Shown: positions 26,882 to 35,795, numbered from the stretch's first letter. The stretch: 36,799 nucleotides of DNA from Planctomycetales bacterium (GCA_005239935.1 SBAZ01000152.1:1-36799), one strand, 5' to 3'. Numbers and translations: made by a program. Notes: generated by a model not told the origin, from the sequence alone.

Positions 26882-27446
26882 GGGGGGAGGGCGTCGCCGA
26901 GGCCTTCGGGATCCACGCGTGCTGCTCCAGGTAGCTGAGGATCGCCTGCGCGCTCTCCTCGACGCGCTGCGTGCCGGAATCCACCAGGATGTCCGGATTG
27001 AGCGGCGCCTCGTAGGGGTCGGAGACGCCCGTGAAGTTCTTGAGCTCGCCGGCCAGCGCCTTCTTGTACAGCCCTTTGACGTCGCGCTTGGTCAGTGCTT
27101 CGATGGAGCACTTGACGTACACTTCGATGAAGTGGCCGATCTCCTTCCGGTTGTGGTCGCGCACCTCCCGGTAGGGCGAGATGGCCGCGCTGATCGCCAC
27201 CACCCCGTTGCGCGTGAGCAGCTTGCACACGTAGCCGATGCGCTTAATGTTCGTGTCGCGATCTTCTTTGCTGAAGCCCAGGCCCTTGCTGAGATTCGTG
27301 CGCACCTCATCCCCGTCAAGAATTTCCACCCGGAGCCCGCGGTGGCGCAGCTCGTCGGCGATGCGGGTCGCGAGCGTGGACTTCCCCGCCCCGGAGAGCC
27401 CGGTGAACCAGAGGGTAAACCCTTTGTCGTGCTGGCCGGATGTCAT
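26856..27446 (-). CDS. cysC: Adenylyl-sulfate kinase
   Basis: WFTGLSGAGKST, LDGDEVR, RDVKGLYKKA and FTGVSDPYE. Confidence 0.97.
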   Translation of the reverse strand: MTSGQHDKGFTLWFTGLSGAGKSTLATRIADELRHRGLRVEILDGDEVRTNLSKGLGFSKEDRDTNIKRIGYVCKLLTRNGVVAISAAISPYREVRDHNRKEIGHFIEVYVKCSIEALTKRDVKGLYKKALAGELKNFTGVSDPYEAPLNPDILVDSGTQRVEESAQAILSYLEQHAWIPKASATPSPHEPGTHAR

Positions 27447-27607
27447 CCCACCACCTGCTGATGCCACGCCGTAGGCATGGCGGGACCGGCCACATCATGG
27501 CTGGTAGGGCGCGGGCCGGCCCGGGCGACCCCCCGGTCGGCTTCGCGGAATACTAGGTCTAGGCGACTTGTCGTTGCTGGGTCGCCCCCAGCAGGTGGTG
27601 GGATCAT
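27443..27607 (-). mobile_element. ATGA-flanked palindromic element E5 with a 54-aa ORF, between the probable original SD and cysC
   Basis: CAGGAGtccc-ATGA-TCCCACCACCTGCTG...CAGCAGGTGGTGGG-ATGA. ORF MIPPPAGGDPATTSRLDLVF...[10 protein letters not shown], translated by hand. Confidence 0.75.
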
Positions 27608-27632
27608 GGGACTCCTGTCGCTGCGAGTGATG

Positions 27633-27662
27633 AAAAACCCGGGGTCGAGGGCTCGGCCCCGG
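27633..27662 (-). terminator. Intrinsic terminator-like hairpin between pheT and cysC
   Basis: CCGGGGcCGAG-cc-CTCGaCCCCGG followed by GTTTTT. Confidence 0.55.
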
Positions 27663-27711
27663 CACGCCCACCTCTGCAGTATAGCACAGTGCTCCGTCGG
27701 GCTCTACCGGC

Positions 27712-29748
27712 CTACCGGAGCGTCGCCTGGCAACGCTCGACGAGGGCCTGCCCGATGCGGCGGTGCAGTGTGTCGACTTCTTCAGCCGTGAGGGTTCGCG
27801 CGGGATCGCGGTAGTCCAGGGAGAAGGTCAGGCTGTAGTGTCCGGCGGGAACCTGCTTGCCGGTGTAGCGGTCGATGAGCTTCACATCGGCCGCGAGCGA
27901 GCCTCCGGCCTCCCGGAGCACCCCGACCACCGTGGCATAGGCCACCGAGTTCGCGACCACCACGGACAGGTCGCGTTTCACCGGGGGCAAGGTCGATGGG
28001 GCGTGCGCTTCCACCTCGCGGCGGCGCTGGGCCAGCAGCCGGTCGACGGCCAGCTCCGCATACCAGACGTCGTGTTCGAGATCGAGCGCGTGCGCCGTGC
28101 GCCTGGCGACCAGGCCGGCGACGCCCACCGGGTCTTCCCGCAGACGCAGGACGGCGCCCTGGCCGGATTCTGTCCAGGGCTGATCCGCCGCGGCCGCGGA
28201 CACCGGAGCCCCGCAGAGCCGCTCGGTCAGCGCGCTCAGGAGGCCTTTCAGACGGTAGAAGTCGCTCGCCTGACGGCCCTGCCAGTCCTGCAGCCACCGG
28301 CCGCTGAGCACGATCCCGAGTCGCTGGGGCTGCTCCGGCAGACGCCTGGTGTCCGTGACCCCGCCCAGCTCAAACAGGGCCACGCCGTCCACCCCCCTGG
28401 TGAGATTCTGCCGCACGCTTTGCAGCAGCCCCATGCACAGCGAGGGGCGCAGGATCGCATGGTCCTGGCTGATGGGGTTGGCCAGCCGGACCGCGTCCGC
28501 CAGGGAATAGCCGCAGCGGTCCAGGTCCTGCTCGGAGAGCAGCGCCCAGGTGATCGCCTCCGTCAATCCCAGGCTCGCACACAGACAGCGGAGCGACTGC
28601 AGCCGGTGGTAGTCGCGGGCTCCGCCCTCGGGCACTCCTGGCGGCGTAGCGGGCAGGCGCGACGGAATGCGCTCGTAGCCGATCACGCGCGCCACGTCCT
28701 CATAGAGGTCGGCTTCCTGGCGCAGATCTCGACGGAAGGACGGCACGACCACTGCCAGCCTGGATCCGTCGCCGGCCACGCGGCACCCCAGGCGCGCGAG
28801 GGCCGTCCGGGCATCGGGCGCGCCGAGCCGAGTGCCCAGCCAGCGATTCATGCGGTCCAGGGACAGGCTGATGACCACCGGACGCTCCGCGCGCCGCCCG
28901 ACGGAGGCGACGGCCTGCACCTGTCCGCCTGCCCCCTGCGCGAGCAGCGCGGCGGCCCGGACCGATGCCGCCTCGACCCCGGCCGGATCAATACCGCGCT
29001 CAAACCGATAGGAGGATTCCGTAGTCGCTCCCAGGGCGCGCGCCGTGCGCCGGACAGTCACCGGATCAAACGCGGCGCTCTCGAGCACCACACGCCGGGT
29101 CCCGGCCGTCACCGCGCTGCCTGTCCCTCCCATGACGCCGGCCACCGCCACCGGCACGCGTGCGTCCGCGATCACCAGGATGTCCGCGCTCAAGACCTTG
29201 GCCGTGCCATCCAGCAGCGTGAGGCGCTCGCCGGCCCGAGCGCGTCGCACCAGAATCGTGCTGTCGGCCAGCCGGTCGGCGTCGAAGGCGTGCAGGGGCT
29301 GGCCCAGCTCCAGGAGCACGTAGTTCGTAATGTCGACCACGTTGTTGATGGGGCGGATGCCGCAGGCGAGCAGCCGCTGCTGCATCCAGTCCGGCGAGGG
29401 TTTGATGGTGATCCCGTCGAGCAGCCGTCCGACGTACTGCGTGCAGCCCTGGGGGTCCTCAATCCGAATGACGAGCGCCTGGGTCGGCGCGCGCGCGGCG
29501 GGCCGCCGGGTGGCGGGCGCGGGCGTCTTCAACCGCTGGCCGGTCAGGGCAGCCACTTCCCGGGCGACGCCGACGATCGAGAGCCAGTCCGGCCGGTTCG
29601 GCGTGACCTCGAGATCCAGGACCGGGCCCTGTGGACTGTCGTGAATCCCGATGACTTCGAGCCCGGCCATCGTCAGCCGCTCCGCCAGCACCTTCGGGGC
29701 CAGCCGACTCGGGACGAACTCCTTCAGCCACTCAACAGGAACCCGCAT
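27712..29748 (-). CDS. pheT: Phenylalanyl-tRNA synthetase beta subunit, short form without the B2 OB domain
   Basis: LEVTPNRPD, RPINNVVDITNYV, SYRFERG and a C-terminal anticodon-binding domain (KRDLS...YSLTF); 678 aa. Confidence 0.96.
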   Translation of the reverse strand: MRVPVEWLKEFVPSRLAPKVLAERLTMAGLEVIGIHDSPQGPVLDLEVTPNRPDWLSIVGVAREVAALTGQRLKTPAPATRRPAARAPTQALVIRIEDPQGCTQYVGRLLDGITIKPSPDWMQQRLLACGIRPINNVVDITNYVLLELGQPLHAFDADRLADSTILVRRARAGERLTLLDGTAKVLSADILVIADARVPVAVAGVMGGTGSAVTAGTRRVVLESAAFDPVTVRRTARALGATTESSYRFERGIDPAGVEAASVRAAALLAQGAGGQVQAVASVGRRAERPVVISLSLDRMNRWLGTRLGAPDARTALARLGCRVAGDGSRLAVVVPSFRRDLRQEADLYEDVARVIGYERIPSRLPATPPGVPEGGARDYHRLQSLRCLCASLGLTEAITWALLSEQDLDRCGYSLADAVRLANPISQDHAILRPSLCMGLLQSVRQNLTRGVDGVALFELGGVTDTRRLPEQPQRLGIVLSGRWLQDWQGRQASDFYRLKGLLSALTERLCGAPVSAAAADQPWTESGQGAVLRLREDPVGVAGLVARRTAHALDLEHDVWYAELAVDRLLAQRRREVEAHAPSTLPPVKRDLSVVVANSVAYATVVGVLREAGGSLAADVKLIDRYTGKQVPAGHYSLTFSLDYRDPARTLTAEEVDTLHRRIGQALVERCQATLR

Positions 29749-29757
29749 GCCTGCGCT

Positions 29758-30798
29758 CTAGAATTGCTCGAGAAACCTCACGTCGTTCTCGAAGAACAGC
29801 CGGATATCCTTCACGCCGTGGCGCAGCATGGCGATGCGCTCCACCCCCATGCCGAAGGCAAAGCCCTGCACGCGCTGCCAGTCGTAGCCCACGCCCTTGA
29901 GGACATTCGGATGCACCATGCCGCAGCCCATGATCTCGAGCCACCCCTTCTGGCCGCACGTGGAGCAGCCCGTGCCCCGGCAGACTCGGCAGGCGATGTC
30001 CACCTCGGCCGAGGGCTCGGTGAACGGAAAGAAATGCGGCCGGAATCTCGCCTGGGTGTCCTCGCCGAAGAGGGCGCGGAGGAATTGCTCCAACACCCCC
30101 TTGAGGTCGGCGAACGACGTGCGGTCGTCGACCACCAGCCCCTCGACCTGATGGAACATGAAGCTGTGGCTGGGGTCGAGCGCGTCCGGCCGGAACACCT
30201 TGCCGGGCACTAGAATGCGCAGCGGTGGCTTGCGGCGCTCCATGACGCGGATTTGAACCGGCGAGGTATGGCTGCGCAGGAGCAACCGGCCCTTCGCGGG
30301 CTGCGGCGAGGGCGCCTCGAGGAAGAACGTATCGAAATGCTCCCGCGAGGGGTGGTCGCGCGGGATGTTGAGCCTGTCGAAGTTGTAATATTCGTACTCG
30401 GCCTCCGGCCCCTCGATGATCTCGAAGCCGAGCGGCACGAAGCACGCCAGGATGGCATCCATCGTGCGCGTCACGGGGTGGAGCCGACCCTGGGCGAGTG
30501 CCGTGCCCGGCAGCGTGACATCGAGCGCGGCTCGGGCGGGTGCGGTCGCCAGCGCGGCCTGCTGCTCAGCCAGCCGCGCCTCGAACGCGGTCTTGAGCTG
30601 GTTCGCGCGCTTGCCCACCTCGGCGCGTTGGTCGGCCGGCAGGGCGCCCAGTCCCTTCAGCGCCGCGGCGACCTCGCTCTTGCGGCCCAGAAATTTGATG
30701 CGGACCGCCTCCAGCGCCTGCGCGGTCGTCGCCTGCGCGAGGGCCGCTTGGAATGCGGCTTCCAGTCCGCCGAAGGGCCTCGTCGCCGCGTCGCTCAT
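29758..30798 (-). CDS. pheS: Phenylalanyl-tRNA synthetase alpha subunit
   Basis: LRSHTSPVQIR, FHQVEGL, FPFTEPS, a CxxC..CxxC insert and GFAFGMGVER. Confidence 0.97.
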   Translation of the reverse strand: MSDAATRPFGGLEAAFQAALAQATTAQALEAVRIKFLGRKSEVAAALKGLGALPADQRAEVGKRANQLKTAFEARLAEQQAALATAPARAALDVTLPGTALAQGRLHPVTRTMDAILACFVPLGFEIIEGPEAEYEYYNFDRLNIPRDHPSREHFDTFFLEAPSPQPAKGRLLLRSHTSPVQIRVMERRKPPLRILVPGKVFRPDALDPSHSFMFHQVEGLVVDDRTSFADLKGVLEQFLRALFGEDTQARFRPHFFPFTEPSAEVDIACRVCRGTGCSTCGQKGWLEIMGCGMVHPNVLKGVGYDWQRVQGFAFGMGVERIAMLRHGVKDIRLFFENDVRFLEQF

Positions 30799-32714
30799 GT
30801 CGTGCCCTTCAAGACCCACACCCGGCAGGGGGCGTTGCGCAGCACGTAGTCCACCGTCGTGCCCAGGACCGCGCCAGGGCCCGCGGGCAGCGTGCGCGCG
30901 CCCAGAATGATGAGGTCGGCGTGCTGTTCCCTGGCGGTCTCGACGATCGTCTCGCCGGCGAAGCGCGACTGCTTCACCAGCGCTTCGACCGGCACCTCGT
31001 ACTCCCGCGCGATCGCTTGCGCTTGTTCAGAGATCATATCCGCCGCCGCGAGCTTCTCTGGAAAGAACGTGTCCAGTGGCAGCGAGGGAGGGATTTCAAT
31101 GACGTACAGGCTCGCCAGCTCGGCGCTGTAGTCCTTGGCCACGCGCGCGGCGAACTGCATCACCTCGGTGCGCTGCGCATTGATGCGCGGCACCAGGACC
31201 TTCTTCAACTGCACCTCCTGGTAGCCGGGCAGTTGGAGTTTCTCCACCTGCACGCGCGCGGCCGCCGGCAGCCGCTGGCTGCGGCGGTACCACAGGTACA
31301 CGCCGACCCCCGCGGCCATCCACAGGAACCCCAGGTTGCGGCCGGCCTCCTTTGTCAGAATCACGTCTACCCATACGGCCGCAGTCCCGAGGAGGCCCAA
31401 GATCGCCGTCACCGGGAGCGCCGTGCGGCCGAACCGCAGGTTCCACCCGATGCGGAAGGGCCGCTCCAGATCGGGCTCGCGGATGCGCAGTCCGAGCAGC
31501 GAGAGGTGGGCTAGGGCGAAGGAGAGCATGGCGCCGAAGTTATAGAGCTCCGCGATATGCGTCAGGCGGCGCGCGACCGTCACAATGGCCGCCGCGACCA
31601 GGGTGAAGGCGATGAGCGAGACATAGGGGGTCTTAAAGCGCGGGTGCAGGCGGTAGAACAGCCGTGGGAGCGTGAAGTGTTCGCTCATGGCGAACGTCAG
31701 CCGCGAGGCCCCGATGAGCCCGGCGTTGGCAGCGACAAACAGGATCGCTCCACCGAGCAGCCCAACCCAGGGGACGAGCAGCGTCCCACCCACTGGGAGG
31801 GCGGCGGCGATGCCGGCGAGCGGATTCTCCAGGTAGGGGCCGGACAACTCACGTGGATGCATCGCCGTGAGGGCGATGCTGGAGGTGCCGAAGTACAGCA
31901 CGAAGAGCGTCACCATCGTCGAGAGCATCGCGCGCGGGACCGTGCGGGTGGGACGTCGGGCTTCTCCCGCCAACTGGGCGATCGACTCGATGCCGATGTA
32001 GGCCACCATCGCCATCCCCACGCCTTTCCAGAACTCCGGCCACGTCGGTGACCAGTCCGCACCAGCCACCCCGACATGCATGTGTTCCCACAACTGCCGC
32101 AGGTGGGCCGCGAACTGCGGCGGGTCGAACAGGTTCATGATGACCACGAGCCCGATCAGAATGATGACCAGCTTCGTGGCCACGCCAAACACCGCCAGCA
32201 GCAGCGACACCCGCGTGGACTCCTTGATGCCGATCAAGTTCAACCCGAACAGGAGCGCGAGGATGATCAGGGTGAAGGGCACCGTGCCGATCTCGGTCAG
32301 CGGAGCAAGCCAGGACGTGCGCAGGTAGGGGCCGACCGAGTATGCGGAGATCGCAATCGTCACGACATAATCGAGCAGCAGCGCCCACCCGGCGATGAAC
32401 GAGACCAGGTCGTTGAACGCTCGGCGGGCATAGCTGCACGAACCGCCGGACTCGGGGACGGCCGTGGCCAGCTCGGTGTACGTGAGGACCGTGCACAAGA
32501 AGACCACCCCGGCCAGGGCCAGCGCCAGGGGGGCCGCCCCCAGCGCGTAGAGCGTCGTCACGCCGAGGGCGTAGTAGATCGAGGAGCCGACGTCCCCGTA
32601 CCCGATCGCGAAGAGATGGCGGGCGTTGAGGACGCGATGGAGGCTGCCGCGGTCGACCACCGGCACGCGCGACTCGTCGCGCTCGGAGAAATCGATCGTG
32701 CGGGGGCTGACCAT
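30795..32714 (-). CDS. APC-family amino acid permease fused to a C-terminal universal stress protein domain
   Basis: GYGDVGSSIYYALG, ESGGS and AYIGIESI with about 12 TM segments. C-terminal KKVLVP...ADLIILG...GTTVDYVLRNAPCRV is USP-like. Confidence 0.9.
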   Translation of the reverse strand: MVSPRTIDFSERDESRVPVVDRGSLHRVLNARHLFAIGYGDVGSSIYYALGVTTLYALGAAPLALALAGVVFLCTVLTYTELATAVPESGGSCSYARRAFNDLVSFIAGWALLLDYVVTIAISAYSVGPYLRTSWLAPLTEIGTVPFTLIILALLFGLNLIGIKESTRVSLLLAVFGVATKLVIILIGLVVIMNLFDPPQFAAHLRQLWEHMHVGVAGADWSPTWPEFWKGVGMAMVAYIGIESIAQLAGEARRPTRTVPRAMLSTMVTLFVLYFGTSSIALTAMHPRELSGPYLENPLAGIAAALPVGGTLLVPWVGLLGGAILFVAANAGLIGASRLTFAMSEHFTLPRLFYRLHPRFKTPYVSLIAFTLVAAAIVTVARRLTHIAELYNFGAMLSFALAHLSLLGLRIREPDLERPFRIGWNLRFGRTALPVTAILGLLGTAAVWVDVILTKEAGRNLGFLWMAAGVGVYLWYRRSQRLPAAARVQVEKLQLPGYQEVQLKKVLVPRINAQRTEVMQFAARVAKDYSAELASLYVIEIPPSLPLDTFFPEKLAAADMISEQAQAIAREYEVPVEALVKQSRFAGETIVETAREQHADLIILGARTLPAGPGAVLGTTVDYVLRNAPCRVWVLKGTT

Positions 32715-32766
32715 GCGTCTCCTCGGGCGATGGGAGCCGGGTGGCGCGCTCGCCGCGCGTCCCGGC

Positions 32767-33117
32767 CTATTTGGCGGCGACGCTGGCTACCAGTTGGTCG
32801 AACGCCACTTGGTCCGTGATGGCGAGCTCCGACAGCTGCTTGCGGTCGAGCCGAATGTCCGCCTTGCGGCAGGCCGCGATGAACTGGCTGTACGTCAGGC
32901 CGTGGGCCCGCGCGGCTGCATTGAGCCGCATAATCCACAGACTGCGAAATTCACGCTTCTTCACCTTGCGGTCGCGCGTCCGGTACGCCTTGGCCCGCAG
33001 GACCGTCTCCTTCGCCTTGAGGAGATGCCGCCCGCGCGCGCCGCGGTAGCCCTTCGCCTGCCGCAGCAGCTTCTTGCGCCGCTGCCGCGAGGCCACGGCC
33101 CACTTCACTTTCGCCAT
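32767..33117 (-). CDS. rplT: 50S ribosomal protein L20
   Basis: AKGYRGAR, RDRKVKKREFRSLWIMRLNAAAR and LDRKQLSELA. Confidence 0.97.
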   Translation of the reverse strand: MAKVKWAVASRQRRKKLLRQAKGYRGARGRHLLKAKETVLRAKAYRTRDRKVKKREFRSLWIMRLNAAARAHGLTYSQFIAACRKADIRLDRKQLSELAITDQVAFDQLVASVAAK

Positions 33118-33166
33118 GAGCTGGACTCCTTCTCACCCGGCACGCACCACGGCCGGCGGCGCGCCC

Positions 33167-33358
33167 TCACGAGAGGAACGGCCGCAGGACACGCGCCTGA
33201 GCAGGCGCGAGCGCCCGCTGTCGCCGGAGCTTCCGCATGGTCTTCGCCCGGCGGTGTGCGAGCAGATGCCGCCGGCCCGGACGCCCGGCGACGACCTTGC
33301 CGCGCGCCGTGAGCTTGAACCGACTCGTGATGCCCTTGTGCGTTTTCAACTTTGGCAT
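33167..33358 (-). CDS. rpmI: 50S ribosomal protein L35
   Basis: MPKLKTHKG..SRFKLTARGKV; canonical infC-rpmI-rplT order. Confidence 0.95.
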   Translation of the reverse strand: MPKLKTHKGITSRFKLTARGKVVAGRPGRRHLLAHRRAKTMRKLRRQRALAPAQARVLRPFLS

Positions 33359-33363
33359 GACTC

Positions 33364-34002
33364 TCACCCTGCTGGGGCCGCGCCTGGACGCCCGGCCGGG
33401 CGCGCCGCTTCGCTCGGCGCGGCCTGCGCTGCCGCTTTCTCCTGCGCTTTCTTCGCGCGCTCCTCGGCTTTCACGATCCGCTTGATCTTGTCGCGGTCCG
33501 GCCCGAACACCATCGTCAGAAAGCGGCCTTCCTGCACCGGCGTGCGCTCCACTTTGCTGAAGCCCTTCAGATCCTCGACGAGACGGTCCAACACGCGCCG
33601 CCCCAGTTCGGTGTGCGTCATTTCGCGTCCGCGGTAGACCATCGTGACTTTCGCTTGGTCCCCCCGCATGAGGAACCGTTTGAGCATGCCGAGTTTGACC
33701 TGGTAGTCGTGGGTTTCGATGCGCGGCTTGAACTTGACTTCCTTGAGTTTGGCGACGTGGTGCTTCTTCTTCGCTTCACGCTCGCGACGGGCTTCATCGT
33801 ACCGGAACTTGTTGAAATCCATGATGCGGCAGACCGGCGGGTTCGTCGTGGGCGCGACCTCCACGAGGTCCAGGTTCCGTTCCCGCGCCAGCCGCAGCGC
33901 GTCAGCCGGCGCCATGATGCCCAGCTGCGCACCGTCATCGCCGATCACCCGGACCTGCGCAATGCGGATGCGCTCGTTCACCCGAAGTTGTCTGACGCTC
34001 AC
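33364..34002 (-). CDS. infC: Translation initiation factor IF-3
   Basis: RVNERIR, VRVIG, LDLVEVAP, PPVCRIMD and KEVKFKPRIETHD; GTG start in a GTGA overlap with thrS. Confidence 0.97.
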   Translation of the reverse strand: MSVRQLRVNERIRIAQVRVIGDDGAQLGIMAPADALRLARERNLDLVEVAPTTNPPVCRIMDFNKFRYDEARREREAKKKHHVAKLKEVKFKPRIETHDYQVKLGMLKRFLMRGDQAKVTMVYRGREMTHTELGRRVLDRLVEDLKGFSKVERTPVQEGRFLTMVFGPDRDKIKRIVKAEERAKKAQEKAAAQAAPSEAARPAGRPGAAPAG

Positions 34003-35795
34003 GCGCCCTCCTCCCTGTTGAACGGCTCCACCACTTTGGCGGCCGCGTCCTCCCGCACCCGCGCCACGAACTCCGTCAGCGGCACAGCGCCCAGATCCCC
34101 CTGCCGCCGGTGCCGCACCGCGACCGCCCGCGCCTGCGCTTCCCGACGGCCGAGGACCGCCATGTACGGGACGTGCTGCAGCTGCGCGTCGCGGATCTTC
34201 GCCTGCATCTTCTCATTGCGCGTGTCGATTGACGCGCGCAGTCCGGCTGCGCGCAGCGTCCCAACGACCTCCTGCGCATAGCCGAGGACGTCATCGGCGA
34301 TCGGAATCACCGTGACCTGCACCGGGGCGAGCCACACCGGCAGCGCCCCTGCGTAGTGTTCGAGCAGCACGCCGAAAAACCGCTCGAGGCTGCCTAAGAG
34401 CGCGCGGTGGACCATGATCGTCCGGTGCTCCCGGCCGTCCTCGCCGGCGTACGCCAGATCGAAGCGCTCGGGCAGTGCAAAGTCGCACTGGATCGTCCCG
34501 CACTGCCAGCTGCGCCCGATCGCGTCCTTGATCGTCACATCGATCTTCGGCCCATAGAAGGCTCCTTCCCCCTCATGCACCGCAAAGGCCAGCTGCCGGC
34601 GCGTCATCGCCTCGCGCAGGGCCTGTTCCGCATGGTCCCACGCGGAGGGCTCGCCGATGAACTGTGCCGGCCGCGTCGAGAGCTCCAGCTCGTAGTCGGT
34701 GAAGCCAAAGGTCTTCAAGACGGCAAACTCAAAGTCGAGGACGCGGCCAATCTCGTCGACGAGCTGGTCCTCGCGCAGGAAGAGATGCGCGTCGTCCTGT
34801 GTGAAGCCCCGGACCCGCATGAGGCCGTGGAGGACGCCCGATTTTTCGTTGCGGTACACCGTGCCCAACTCGAAGAGTCGCAGCGGCAGCTCGCGGTAAC
34901 TGCGCGTCTTGCTCCGGTAAATGAGGATGTGCCCCGGGCAGTTCATCGGCTTGATGCCGAATCCCTGCTTCTCCGCCTCAAAGAGGAACATGTAGTCCGC
35001 GTAGTAGTCGAGGTGACCGGATTGCTTCCAGATGTCCGTCCGGTAGATGTGCGGCGTGGCCACGAACTCATAGCCGGCTGCGCGGTGCTCGGCGCGCAGG
35101 TAGTCCTCGATGAGCGAGCGCACCAGGGCGCCCTTCGGGTGATAGAACACCACGCCGGGGCCGGCGAGATCTTCAAAGCTGAAGAGTTCGAGGTCCTTGC
35201 CGAGTTTCCGATGGTCGCGGCGCTTCGCTTCTTCGAGCCGCGTCAGGTACGCCTCAAGCTCCTTGGCCGAGGGAAATGCCGTCCCATAGATGCGCTGCAG
35301 CTGCGGGTTGTGTTCATCGCCCCGCCAGTAGGCGCCGGCGAGGCTCAGGAGCTTGAACGCCTTCACGTCCTTGGTCGTCGGCACGTGCGGTCCTTCGCAG
35401 AGATCCACGAACTCCCCATCGGTGTAGAGCGACACGTCGTCGGCCGCGATCCCCCCGACCAGGTCCACCTTGAACCGCTCGCCCTTGCCCTGAAAGTACT
35501 TGACCGCCTCAGGTTTCTTCATCGTGCTGTGCTCAAACCGGTGCCCCTCGGCGATGATCTTGGTCATCTCGGCCTCGATCCGGCCCAAGTCCTCGTCGGT
35601 GAGCTTCACCGGGATGTCCAGGTCATAGTAGAACCCGTCCTCAATGGGCGGCCCGATGCCGAGCTTGGTGTCCGGGTAGAGCCGCCGCACCGCCTGCGCC
35701 ATGACGTGCGCGGCGCTGTGCCGCAGCGCATACAGCGGATCCGTCTGCTTGCGCTGCCCTTTTTGTCCTGTACGTCCGGTCTGTGTGTGGCCCAT
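33999..35795 (-). CDS. thrS: Threonyl-tRNA synthetase (no N-terminal TGS domain)
   Basis: RHSAAH, DLCEGPH, RDHRKLG, KPMNCPGH, RGFTQDD and HRALLGSLERF. Confidence 0.98.
   Translation of the reverse strand: MGHTQTGRTGQKGQRKQTDPLYALRHSAAHVMAQAVRRLYPDTKLGIGPPIEDGFYYDLDIPVKLTDEDLGRIEAEMTKIIAEGHRFEHSTMKKPEAVKYFQGKGERFKVDLVGGIAADDVSLYTDGEFVDLCEGPHVPTTKDVKAFKLLSLAGAYWRGDEHNPQLQRIYGTAFPSAKELEAYLTRLEEAKRRDHRKLGKDLELFSFEDLAGPGVVFYHPKGALVRSLIEDYLRAEHRAAGYEFVATPHIYRTDIWKQSGHLDYYADYMFLFEAEKQGFGIKPMNCPGHILIYRSKTRSYRELPLRLFELGTVYRNEKSGVLHGLMRVRGFTQDDAHLFLREDQLVDEIGRVLDFEFAVLKTFGFTDYELELSTRPAQFIGEPSAWDHAEQALREAMTRRQLAFAVHEGEGAFYGPKIDVTIKDAIGRSWQCGTIQCDFALPERFDLAYAGEDGREHRTIMVHRALLGSLERFFGVLLEHYAGALPVWLAPVQVTVIPIADDVLGYAQEVVGTLRAAGLRASIDTRNEKMQAKIRDAQLQHVPYMAVLGRREAQARAVAVRHRRQGDLGAVPLTEFVARVREDAAAKVVEPFNREEGA

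Noticed and set aside
5973-27467. N-terminal extensions of sucD, sucC, GH57, sat and cysC in the ORF track
   Set aside because: Homology begins at later ATGs; the extensions run through upstream genes, leaders or the palindromic elements.
27447-27711. SAM or other known riboswitch upstream of cysC
   Set aside because: No SAM-I core motifs were seen, and the structure is explained by element E5, which also occurs before non-sulfur genes. An Rfam scan was not run.
27712-35795. PheT lacking B2 and ThrS lacking TGS as pseudogenes or novelties
   Set aside because: Both frames are intact with all catalytic motifs, and such short forms are known in several lineages.
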